Shown: positions 12,055 to 24,113 of the stretch, one piece after another
How positions within the stretch are numbered: the first letter of the stretch is position 1
Layout of the letters: every line of letters begins with the position of its first letter
Source: Ptychomitrium polyphyllum
Lineage: Eukaryota
DNA length: 64,000 bases
Direction of reading: 5' to 3'
NCBI GenBank assembly: GCA_973851085.1
Contig: OZ316775.1
Coordinates: 16,182,001-16,246,000 of the forward strand
The notes under the pieces: model-generated
What the model was told of the DNA's origin: nothing
The model's database searches: none
What the model saw: only the letters and a program-made list of their open reading frames with translations
Made by a program: the position numbers and the translations under genes

Positions 12055-15000
12055 TCACCTCTCCATTTAGCGACAAGTCCCATGAGGAGCTCTTTTCTTG
12101 ACTTGCTTATCACATTTCTACAAATTCCAAAATTTGTCGAAGGAGTGAAGCAACATACTCTGCTCGTTGTTCTCTGTTCACTGGTTCAATTGGTCCTTGC
12201 AAGAAGTGCCGATGGCCACCAGCCAAGACTTCTGTTGTTGAGATGTTCCATCCCAAGATCTGATTTTAATTTAGTCCTTCAAAACATCCTCCAAACAAGA
12301 TTTCGGGTCCTCCAGGAATGACTCTCCTAATTTCTAACAAGATGACTAAAGCGCGAGCATTTGAATCAAGACTGGAATGTGAAGGGCGACCAGTCAATAC
12401 TTCTGCACGATATCGTACTTGACGTTGGGATGTTCCTCTCATATCTAGACTTAGAACCTCCGTACCAAGGACTGAGAAAGTTGAGTTGGCTCAACAAATG
12501 CTGTTGTTGATGAAGGCATGGCCGACTGCTCTTCACGCATATCCAAGATAACACGAAGATTAGACATACTCGCTAGGATCTGGAAATGATCTATCTTGGA
12601 AATAATGCTGCATACAATTGGAGGTCTGAATATCTCTCCGCCCTTCTTATACTTGTCTATGAAGGAAAAACTTCTCTGTAAAGCAAACGGCTGCTGATGA
12701 CACATCATCACTGACCTGGTTTCTGAGGATATCTTTGATGAAATTTGCATACCTTCTCGGATGCATTTGTTACATTCGTTGAAGGTTCCCATGTTCAATC
12801 ATTGATGCCACATCCTTGCCAATGTATAAGGTACTCCACACGACCGTTCTTGATGCGTGAATCTAAGATCTCTTCCACTTCATATTCAATTTCATTATTG
12901 ATTTCCAGCGGAGGAGGCGAAGAAACAATTCTCTTTGGTATACATGATTTGTTATAGGTTTCCAACAACAATACGTGGAACATTGGATGAATTTGCATGC
13001 TTGGTGGTAGCTTTAGGCGATAACTAATCGGATTTATTTGTTTGTTGATTTCAAACGGTCCCATCCTTTGATAGTCCAACTTCTTTGATGGTCTTTTTGT
13101 TTGTACATTTCGTCATAGGAGCCATACGCTATCTCCAACCTTGAACTTTGGATGGTCCTTTCGATGGCGATCTGCATAAGTTTTGTAACGATCTTGAGCT
13201 TGTTGTACCTGGAAGGTAATTTCTTGATGGATTTTAGCAAGTTGTGTTGCATAATCCTTTCTTGGAGGACTTCCAAAATGCTTCACTTGAAATGGATCTG
13301 TTTGAGGATGATGCCCATAGTTTGCAAAGAATGAACTTTGACTTGTTGAAGAATGCACCGTATTGTTGTAAGCAAATTCTGCCAAAGGCAAGAGATCCAT
13401 CCAGTTGTCTTGCTGGTAGTTTATGCTACAACAAAGGTATTGTTCCAAAATTTGATTTACATGTTCGGTTTGGCCATCAGTTTGCGGATGGTGTGCTAAA
13501 GAATGATTGATCTTTACACGCAACAATTGGAATAGAGCCCTCCAAAAGTTGGAAATGAACTATGGCCCTTGATCGGATACAATATCATCTGGTAGTCCAT
13601 ATATGCGGTAGACGTGATTTATGAACAACTTGGCAGTTTCTTCTCCCGTTACCGTCTTCTTGCATAGAATGGAATGTGCCATTTTTGTAAATCGATCAAC
13701 CACTACCAAAATAGAATCCTTAGAATCGGAATTTGGAAGGTCCGTGATAAAATCCATTGATAAAGACAACCATGGGTCCTTTGGCATTGGAAGCGGATGG
13801 AGGAGACCATGAGGTTGGTGCCTTGGTATCTTGGCTCTTGTACAAGTGTCGCATGATCAAACAAAATCTTATACGTACTTCCACATTTGTGGCCACCAAT
13901 AGTCTTTTGCAATCAACTTCATTGTTTTATTGAATCCAAAATGTCCTGCTGCTGAAAAATCATGACGTACTTGAAGGATCTTCAACCGCAAAGGGCCTGG
14001 GGGTAGGTACAAAAGTCCTTTATAATAAAACAGGCCCTCTTGGAATTCAAAGTCCTCATCGCTATTTGAAAGACCTCCATTGTCTTTGAGGCGCTTCTTT
14101 ATATTTGAAACAAAGACGTCATTCCTCAAAGCCTTCCGAATTTTGTCAAAATGGGATGTTGTCGAAATAATGGCTGCTTTCAATTGAAGATTCTCAGGCT
14201 TCAATAAAATAGTCCTTTGTTGATTTAAAACATCATCTCCAGGTTGAAGAGCTAAATAAGATCTTTGAAATAAGGCATTTGGCTTACCTTGCAAGCTACC
14301 AGATCGATAGGTAATGACAAAGTCAAATTTGGAAAGCGACATACTCCACCTTGCTTGATGGCGATTCAAAACGCGCGCACTCATGAAATACTCCAAGTTC
14401 TTGTAGTCTGTGTATATTGTGATGGTATGTTGAACTCCTTCCAGTAGTGTCGCCATTCTTCAAACGCATCCACCATTGCAAGTAATTCTTTATCATGTAC
14501 ATCATAGTTGATCTCTGCCGTTGAGAACTTCCTTAAACGAAAGGCAAGAGGGTGAAGTCTCCCGTCTTCATCATATTATGAGAGTACTGAGTCAAGCGCA
14601 AAATCTGAGGCATCCGCTTCCAAATAAAAAGGCTTTGATGGATTTCGATGAATAAGAGTTGGAGCCGATGTGAATGACTTCTTAAGACTTTGAAATGCTT
14701 TTTCAGCCTCTTCATTTCAAATGAATTTTTGCTTCCCCGTAAAACGTGTTAATGGTGCCGCAATTTTGGAATAATTCTTAATGAATATTCTGTAGAAGTT
14801 TATAAATCCCAAGAAGTTTTGAACATCTCAAATTGATCTTGGCGTACACCACTCCATAACAGTGCTTATTTTCTTCTTATCCATATGAATTCTTCTTTTG
14901 GAAATGATGTAGCCTAAAAATTCAACCGAGGATTCATGGAAAAGGCACTTCTCCAATTTGGCATATAATCCTCGCTGGCGTAATTTTTCTAAGACCAGTC

Positions 15001-17444
15001 GCACATGACATTCGTGGTCTTGTTCATCTTTTGAATATATCAAAATATCATCTAAAAAGATGACTATAAAAGCATCTAGATGTTCATGGAAGATATCATT
15101 CATCATATGTTGAAAGACTGCGGGAGCATTAGTAAGGCCAAAAGGCATAACATTGTATTCAAAATGACCATACCTAGATCAAAAAGCTGTCTTCCATTTG
15201 TCTCCTTCTTTGATGCGTACAAGATTGTAGGCTCCTCTAAGATGAATTTTGGTGAATATCTTTGTTTGGCCAAGTTGTTGGAGAAATCCTGAGATTAATG
15301 GTAATGGATAGCGATTCTTTTTTGTTACTTTATTGAGGCCTCGATAGTCCACGCACATACGTAATGATCCATCTTTCTTCTTTACAAATAAAATGGGTGC
15401 TCCAGCAGGTTATTTAGAGTGTTGAATGAAACCCTTTCCAAGGTTTTCATCAATATATTCTCTCAAGGCAGCCAATTCAGTTTGTGAGAAGTTATAAATA
15501 AGTCCAAAAGGTAGTTGGGCTCCTTCTTGCAACTCAATGGTACAATCGTAAGGCCGGTGCTTTGGTAACATGTCCGCATTTTTCTTTTCAAAAACGTCTT
15601 TATAATCTTGATATTGACGAGGTATGTTTTGATTAGTCACTATTATAGAGCTGGACATTGGCGTGGCCTAAATGGCATAAATTGGTTCATCCTTTCCCGC
15701 TCTCATCAATGCCTTAGCTCCAATAAATGATGGTCCAAAATTTCTTGTATCTTGGTGTTTTTCCTTAAGATCAGACTCCGTGAGCGCCAGTCAATGTCTG
15801 GATTATATAATTCAAACCAAAGAAGGCCCAAGACAATAGGATTTGTATGGCATTGAATGATGTTGAAGACAATCTTAGATGCCTGGTCTCCTAAAACAAC
15901 CTCCAAGGGTTGAGTTTCTTCAATAACGTTGCTAGACGCAAGACATCGTCCATCAATAACTTCAACATGTACGGGGTATTTTTTATTCACAAGCACCATG
16001 TGATGTTTGGTTGCAAAATCCTTGTCCATAAAACATGCCGTTGCACCAGTGTCTAAGAGAGCCTCACTAATTATTTCATCATCTAACAATTTAATTTTGA
16101 TAGGAAATATAAAACAAGAGGTAGGACTTGAAGGTAGTAAGAGACCTTAATTTGATGGTGGTTTCCTTGTGGTGTCCAGTCGCATGGTTCCTACTATGAC
16201 TAGATAGCCTCGTTTTCCAACTCCACCATTGTGCTTTAAGCCTTAAAGGCAGATCCTTTGATTTGGCAATTTCGCACTTTATGTCCAGAATTACCACAAT
16301 ACAAACATAGGTTTTCTCTTTGACGCCTTTTTTTTTCTTCTAGAGTCAAACGTTTGAACTGGGCAGCATCAATTTGCATAGGGTCTGGTCCTTGTGGTCG
16401 ATTTTTAATATTCTTGAAGAAGTGGTAGCCATGCTTTGATGTATTCGTTGCCATCCCAAGCGTTGTTCTTGGCGCCTCTCAAATAGTCTGTTGTCACATG
16501 CTATTGCCTAAGTAATGAATTCGTCCAATGTTTCAACTCTTGGCATTGTAAGTAGCAAGTCCTTTACATTCACTCTTAAGTCCCATCAAAATTGTGTGAC
16601 CAAGGCTTTATCATTCCAATCAAGGTCGCAAACTAATTGTCGAAACTCTGCAGCATATGTAGCAGCTGAGCGTTGTCCTTGTTGGAGACTCTGGATCCTT
16701 GTTTCAGCCACCCTCTCTCGGTCGGTGTCTCCAAAAGTAGATGTCAATGCTTCTATAAAAGTATCTAAGTTGTTCAATAATGGTGACTGCTTCTCCATTA
16801 GGGATACAAACCACGATAGTGCATCGTTTGATAAAAGAGTGGCCACGAATCCTACTTGAGTTGTGCCATCAGGATAGCGAGATTGATGCAAACTAAGGAA
16901 GAGTCTTACTTGTTGAACAAAGCCTCTCAATTTCGATTTTGATCCATCAAACTTGTTTGGCATACTAATCTTTGGCTCTGAGTGGGTTTGACGGGAACCT
17001 CTCTTCCAATATTGGCCTCTCGCAATCAAACAACCTCTTGATATAGGCTTTGAATATCACCATTGGATTCTTCAGTTTGCCGAGTATGTTGCACCAAATT
17101 GTTGGTGGTATTAAAACGGGCAAGTTCCGTTGGAACTGTGTTTAATAACTCTTGAAGGTCTGCAATAGTTGCAACCCTATTCTCTGATGTTCCAGGCAAG
17201 TTATCCATTTCTTAAGATTGGCAAAGACAAGAAGACTATGAGTACCGTCAAAGGAAGATAATCCACGTCCTTTGAAAGAAGTAATACTTGGTTCTAGAAG
17301 GAGAAACCAACTCTATGGTACCAGCTTAGAGGAGGGTACTCCGCAACTTCTAAGACGCTATGAAATCCTAAAGAAGATGGGTAATCCACAATCTTCTTCA
17401 AAGAATCTTAGTTCTGACAGAAATGAAAAGTAGTCTTGCCAAAC

Positions 17445-18015
17445 TGTTAGGGACACAAGAAACAAGAAGCAGAAACAAAGTGTTTCCCAAGAATTATCTT
17501 TTAAAGAACTAATGATTAATAAGAACTTTATACAAAGACTAGAACAAGGTAGGATTCAAGATGATCCACAACTTGTGTTGGCAAGACTAAGGAATACCTT
17601 GTCTTGCCTCCTATTTATACTAGGACGTTTGTATCTCCTAGGATACTTCTAAAGAAGCTTTCTACAAGGCTTAAGAATGTTCTGGAAGTCTAGGGAACCT
17701 TCCCAAGAAATTTCCTAAGATATTGGAACCTTCTTAAGAGTCTTCCAAGGAGTTGGAACCCTCCTAAGAGTCTTCCAAAGAGTTGGAACCTTCCTTGGAA
17801 GTTTCCTAAGATAGCGGAATCTTCTTATGAAGTTTCGTAAGATGATGGAACCTTCCTAGGAAGTTTCCTAAGGTGGGGGAACTTTCCTAGGAAGCTTCCC
17901 TAAGAACATGGAAAGACTATGGAGACATCTAATAGTATTCTAAGAAGCTATTATAGTATACTAGAATGTTCTAGAATATTCTAAGGACTATGTTGCATGA
18001 TCTATGTCCGTGACA
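17445..18015 (-). repeat. 5' LTR of the chromovirus element
   Basis: Same termini as 11454-12054. TATA box (tataaata on the minus strand) at 17612-17619. Lies immediately upstream of the gag-containing internal region. Confidence 0.95.
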
Positions 18016-20125
18016 GATGGTGTTGAAGGTTTTTTGATCTAGAGTTGGTATCACACGAGGGTAGAAACTCTTTAATGGCCTTTGACATTTGAAAATACCA
18101 AAAGTCTTGAGAGATGATTTCTAAGGTTTTGTTGAATCCAAAATGTCTAGCCGTAGGAAAGTCGTAACGTGTTTGAAGTATACAAAGGCAAATTGGTACT
18201 TCAGGAATTTATGAACATTCTTCAAAGTAGAGAAGGTTGTCTTCTAATTTGAATTTAAATACACCTTTAGGGAGGTAGTTGAAACGATGCTTGATATCAA
18301 GAATATGAGGGTCATTGGTAGCTGCCGCAAGTTTCTGGTCAAAGAACAATGAATTCATCGGAATTGAAATAGTGGTTGTGCATATACAAAATTGTCTAGG
18401 TTTCAACAAAGTTGCTTGTTTTTGATTGTGTGCTGCCTCTTCCTCTTTTGGTACAAGGTATGATTGCCTTGACAAAACACCTAATAACCTTTGTTTTTTT
18501 CCAAATCAATATATGATGCAAAAATCAAATCAAGATAAAGACATATTCCAACGAGCTTGGTGGCAATTTAAAGCACGAGCTAACATGAAATATTCTAAGT
18601 TCTTGTGATCTATATATACAATTAGTGGATGCGCAACATCTTCAAGTAAGTGACGCCATTCTTGAAAGGAATCCACGTTAATAGGACTTCCTTATTGTAA
18701 ATCTCATAATTAAATTTGGCAGCTAAAAAGTTTCTGGAATAGAATACAATCAGATGGGGTCTCCCTTTTCCTCATGTTTGTGACAAAACTGCTCTTAGTG
18801 CAAAGTGGGAAGCATCTATCTTAAGATGAAATTGCTTTGAAAAGTCCTAATGGACCAAAATAGAAGCTGTTGTGAAGGACCGCTTCAAACTTTAAAATAC
18901 AACCTTAGCATTGGATTCCACTCAAAATTTTCCTTGCATGTTAGTTGCATGAGTGGTGCAGCTGTTTGAGAATAGTCCTTGATGAAGATCCTATAGAAGT
19001 TTGCAAATCCAAGAAAACATTAGACATCACGTACCAATTTTGGCCTCGTCCAATTGCTAATATATTCAAGGAATTCTATCTAAAATTTGTGGAATATATA
19101 TTTTTCCAGCTTGGCATACAAATTGGCATCTTCTACTTTTGTTGAACTATGCAGACATGTCGTTCATGTTCTTCTAGATTCTTTAAATAAATCAAGATAT
19201 CATCCAAATAACATTCAATAAAATCATCGAAGTACCCTCAAAATATATCATTCATTAAGTGCTAAAAAACAACAAGTTCCTTGGTAAGTCTAAAAGGCAT
19301 GACATTGTATTCAAAATGTCCATACCTTGTTTGAAAAGCTGTCTTTCATTTGTCTCCTTCTTTGATGCACACCAAATTATAGGCTTCTTGCAGGTCTATT
19401 TTGGTATAGATCTTAGCTTGACCAAGTTGATCAAGAATCCCAAATATCAGTGGCAATGGATATTGGTTCTTCACCGATAATTTGTTGAGGCCGCGGTAAT
19501 CAACACACATTTGTAAAGATTCATTTTTTTTCTTTATAAAAAATATTGGAGCACCAGCATGAAACTTTGAATGTTGAATGAAATTCTTGGCTAAGTTTTC
19601 ATCAATATACTCCCTTAGTGATAAAAGCTTGTTTTGAGGTAAATTATAAATAGGTCCAAATGGTGGCTAGGCACCATTTTGGAGGTCTATGACATAATCG
19701 TAAGAACAATGTTTTAATAGGGTGTCTATATTCTTCTTTTTGAATACATCATTGAACCCCTTATACTTATTTGGAATGGTTGAAGATGAAGCCATAACTT
19801 TGGACATTAAAGTTGTATACTCATAAAAAAAAGCACCAGTCTTTGTTATTTTTATAAATGCTCTAACTCAAATAGAAAGAGACTTTATGGTTTTGGATCT
19901 ATAAGATGCTTCAGCTTCTTCCGTATGCTAGGTAATTACAGGTTCTAATGATGGAAATTCTATTTTACGGGATGCCTAATTTTATCTGCAGGTTGTACTT
20001 TTCAAGCCAAAAAAATCCTAAAATGATGGAACTTAACGGAGGCCTAATGATATTAAATATCATTTATATATCATAGTTGTTCAATGTTATTACTAATAGA
20101 TTGGTCTCATGAATATTGTCTTAGT
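18016..20125 (-). mobile_element. Older, heavily decayed Ty3/Gypsy pol fragment (protease C-terminus, RT, RNase H, integrase zinc-binding start)
   Basis: Diverged paralogy to the pol of the adjacent element, e.g. aaaggcatgacattgtattcaaaatg (RT), MIFNII..IILGFFWLEKYN (protease) and 'SRQSYLVPKE'. Many stops. Confidence 0.88.
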
Positions 20126-20139
20126 TCATGGCAAAGGCG

Positions 20140-20805
20140 CCGATTAGCTGTATTATTTCTCTGCTTGCCGTTCTCACTAGCATTATTAAGCCAAAAGCCG
20201 CCATCTTAGTTAATAAATCCAACGAGAATCAAACTTGGACCGATTCTAAAGCTAAAATTTATCTAGTCAATCAAATTTGTGGCTTGGTGTTTGATTATGC
20301 CTCAACAGTGTCTTTAAATTCATTGAACTTCAATCTTTTTCTTATTTTCTTCCTTTTATTTTAGTTTTAGTTTTAGTTTCCTACTTTAGATTTGCGAGGA
20401 TTGGTTTTATCTTCTTTTGTAAATTGAAATTAGAAATTTCAACCAAAGGGAAAAGAATAAAAAATAAAAAATAAAAAATTACTAATGGATTTAGGATTAG
20501 TTTTAATTATGATATGCAAAGATAAGGGCCTTATAAAGAGAGATAAGGGCTGATGTGGATTGATAAGGGATAAATATGGTGGTTTAACTATCACCTTCTT
20601 CTTCTCTCTCGGCCTCTCCCACTTGTTACTTAAGGCAGCCATTCTATGAATGATAGCGGATAATACATTTCTTAATTTGAGTTGATTTTTAATGGATTTT
20701 CCTTCTTCTTTGTTAGCTTTTTAAGATGTTATTACATGTTCCATTTGGAGTTAGTGTGTGACTGCAGCTCTAATTTGAGTGAAGTTGGATCAGCTTCCTT
20801 AAATT
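20140..20805. repeat. Dispersed repeat, copy 1 (diverged direct repeat of 22760-23434)
   Basis: Collinear shared blocks, e.g. aatttatc(t/c)agtcaa, ttcaaccaaa, ggcctctcc, ttccatttggagttagt. Confidence 0.75.
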
Positions 20806-21477
20806 TCAGAAAGCAGTAGCTTTGGGTGCTTATAACGTTTTGCGTATTTAGCATTTGGTAATGAAATTTGAAAGATAATATTTTAACTACTTTAAAATGA
20901 TATTATAGAAATATGGAGAAAAAATGGCTTGTATAGTAGAAGATAAAAGAAAAATTGTAATCAGAACTTTGAGAGCTGTATACAATAGAATTGAGGTTGT
21001 ATATTTTGGGCCATAAGTGAAGATTGAAGGTGTTTCTGATATTGATATTTTGATGAAGTGTTTATTGTAAGATAATTAATGTGTGTGTAAAGTTTTAAGT
21101 TTAGATTTGTAATAGAAAGAAAGTTATGAAGTAGTAAAATAGAGGTTTGCAAGACTGTGGCAATGGGAAGTGAGAACTTTGAAAACATGGTTCTTAATGC
21201 TTACAATAGCTATGGTTATGAAATTTTTACCATAGTTTTATAGATGCCTTAAAAATATATCGCCAAAATATCAGGTTCATTAAACTCTTATAATAGGAAA
21301 TATGAACAAATTTGTAAGCAAGTTTATGATGGTAGTATGTAGTTACGGTTTGGGTTTGGGATGTTATTTTCACAAAGTTTAAAAGTATGATTAAATAACT
21401 CTTTCACTTAAATAACTTGGTAAATACCGTCTTATTAACTTGTTGAGTGATTAGTAGCAGCTAGAGGCCCAGTGCTC

Positions 21478-22590
21478 TTTCATAACAAGGTTTTTTTACC
21501 ACGACAACGGAGACACATATTAGAAACATCAAGACAAGTTCTTCCAAGGAAGTTTCTTTGATTTAAAAAACTTCCAAGGATATTATCTTGAATTTAAGAT
21601 GCTGCCATGGAAATTTCCATGATTTAAGAAGCTTCTAAGGAAGTCACCTTAAATTTACAAAGTTGCCATCACTTAGAAAGCTTTCAAGGAAGTTAGCTTT
21701 GTTTAGGAAGCTTCCAAGGAAGTTGCCTCAGCTGAAGATACTTTTAAAGAAGTTGCCTTATATTACGAAGCTTTCAAAGAAGTTACTTTGGCCTCGGAAA
21801 CTTCCAAAAAAGCAACTCAAGGTTGCTTGAGTACAAAGCAATGTAGGTGAAGCTTCTCAAGAAGCTTCCAAGGCTTGTAGTTTTAGTATATATAGAAGTC
21901 AAGGCTGAAGAATTCTTCAGTCTTGACAACGCATTTCTTGTAGTCTTGTTTAAATCTTTTGGCCTTATCTTTTATACCTTGTTGTAGCTCTTTATCTCTA
22001 ATATATTTAAACTTATCTTGTTCCACATCTTCAAATTCTGAAACCTTGTTTTATAGTTACTCTGTCCTTAACAGATTGTCGAGACTATTATACATCAATA
22101 TGAAAGCTTGGTCTTTGTTGATAGAGAGCGGATCACCCTTCTTTTTTAAAAGCACTATAGCACTTTAGCAGGTTGCGGATTATCCTCTTCTAGACTGATA
22201 TTGCTTTTTGAATTTTCTTTGCTTTTTTACATAGTTAGCAATTTTTATCTATTTCCACTTCATTTCTATGCCAGGGAGTCAAAAAGTTAGTATGACTGAT
22301 TCAAAAGAAACAAAGTTAGATTCCATTATTAATGCCTTTGAAGCATTGAGGATCAAGACCAAAACTTTATCCAAGCAAAACGAACAATTGTATTTGACCA
22401 TATACAGTGGTCAAAGAGCAGAAAACCCGGCAATTGCTATTCCAAGTCAACTTAGGTGCTTCATCGTCTAAACGAGATTTAGAATTGAATACCAACAACT
22501 AAAGACAAATTTGAGCTAGGAATTGAATACTAACGACAAAAGAACCAAGAATTAGCCTTGCAGAGAAGTTTAATGGTATGCGCTGTCGTA
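21478..22590 (+). mobile_element. Truncated LTR retrotransposon of a second chromovirus family: LTR (~21478-22073) plus 5' gag remnant
   Basis: Tandem gaagcttccaaggaagtt units, TATA at 21887-21894, LTR end tgtccttaaca (cf. tgtccctaaca in element 1), and a gag remnant KEPRISLAEKFNG near 22540-22580. The left LTR boundary is degenerate. Confidence 0.8.
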
Positions 22591-22759
22591 ATATATTTCA
22601 TTGTATGGTTTAAAACTTGAGTAATATTTTTTATTTGGTATATTTGGAAAAGAGTATTAGGAAAAAGAATTAATTAGATTAAAAAATGGTCGTGGTGAAA
22701 CCACAATTTTTATTTGTCTTGGAAGTAGAACCGCATTTTGTCCTAGCTTAGGGTCATTA

Positions 22760-23434
22760 GGCCGGTTGATTGTAGTTTTTCCTGCCTGCCATTTTTGCTA
22801 GCAAAACCAAGTCAAGTGCTGCTGTTCTACTCAACAAATCCGACAAGAATTGAACTCGAATCAATTCAGCAGTTGGAATTTATCCAGTCAACCAAGTTTA
22901 TAACTTGGTATCTAATTCTATCTTGACAATGGTTTTATTCTTAACTTCTTACTTCTTGAATTTCAATCTTTTTTCTATTTTTTTATATTTTATTTTAGTT
23001 TTTATTTTAAATTTGTGAGAATTGATTTTATCTTCTTTGTAGTTGGAACCTATAAGTTTCAACCAAAAGCAAAAAAAAAAAAACAAAACAAAACAAAACA
23101 ATTTTGGTTATTTTTTATTTGAAGATATAATTAGATAAGGATTTGATACAAGAGATTTGGAGTTGATGTGGAGAGACATAGCTGATGTGAAATAATAAGG
23201 GGATAGATGTGGCAATTTGACCATTGTTCTCTTCTTCTCTTTTGGCCTCTCCGACTAGAATAAGAAGGCAGTCCTTCTTTGAATGAGATCTCATAGTATA
23301 CTTCTTACTTTGATTTGATTTTTTTGGTAATATTTTTTTCTTTATAAGCTTTTTAAAAAACCATCACTCTTTCCATTTGGAGTTAGTATATGGTCGTAGC
23401 TTTAGTTTGAGTAAGTAAAATTAGTTGCCTTCAA
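22760..23434. repeat. Dispersed repeat, copy 2
   Basis: Collinear with 20140-20805; similarity ends abruptly at 23434. Confidence 0.75.
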
Positions 23435-24113
23435 TATCGTACCCTTGTAATGCACCTTAACAATGTCATGTCTGTCAACCCTGTACACTTCCACATGCAC
23501 ATGGTTAACCTCCATTTTCACTCTCCAAGTCCCAAGTTTGGTTTCCAATTCCTCTTACTATTTACCTTAGGACACCCAATAGATTGGTAGCCAATAATTA
23601 GGTGCGGACTTCCATTCATGTCCAAAGCCTCACTTGGTGTTACTCCCATTCCACACAACCTAACCGCACTTAGTAGTATCTTTTCACCACCACTCATGAT
23701 TTCCATGTGATCCTAAAATCATCCCGGGCCATCATAGTGCCGGCGTGAAGACACCACCTCAACTTAGTGGTAACAAGCGTGCCCTTTTAATTTCACTAAT
23801 TCCCTTCGTAAAACCGATCATCCATCGGCTCACAGTGGTGTGGAAGTCCCTGTAGTGAAGCCCCAACACTAGCTCTACCAACTGGGACTCACCTTTGATT
23901 CCTACCAAGACACTAGGAGAGTGGAGAAGGGGGACTAGCCCTCCCTTGTGGCCCTCGGTCTACATGTGCAAAGATGTTTCTCCCCCTCGGGATCCTTCCT
24001 ACGCTAGGCCTACTTGGGCCACTTCAGAATCGGTGCCACAAGTCCTAGACGTCACTCCGGGGTCCCCCTTATGCCCTTAGCGTAGCAGGCATTCCTCAAG
24101 AAGAGGTGCGAAA
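23435..24113. mobile_element. Possible solo LTR of another family
   Basis: GC-richer block that starts where repeat copy 2 stops. Degenerate inverted ends tatcgtacc...ggtgcgaaa. No clean target-site duplication. Confidence 0.35.

Larger units (their letters stand above)
11454..18015 (-). mobile_element. Full-length but decayed Ty3/Gypsy chromovirus LTR retrotransposon (gag-PR-RT-RNaseH-IN-chromodomain)
   Basis: Two TG...CA LTRs. Minus-strand fragments: gag (EPKISMPNKFDG; zinc knuckle CLYCGNSGHKVRNC), protease LLDTGA, RT MPFGLTNAPAVFQ/FLDDIL, RNase H, integrase (SMDFITDLP, HPQTDGQTE) and chromodomain EYEVEEILDSR..YLIHWQG. Many stops and frameshifts. A purine-rich tract lies next to the 3' LTR (12055-12065). 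Confidence 0.96.

Noticed and set aside
16195..16240. Possible -1 frameshift slippery site (ggaaaac on the minus strand) at the gag-pol junction
   Set aside because: The region has several decay mutations, so the original frames cannot be reconstructed from this copy.
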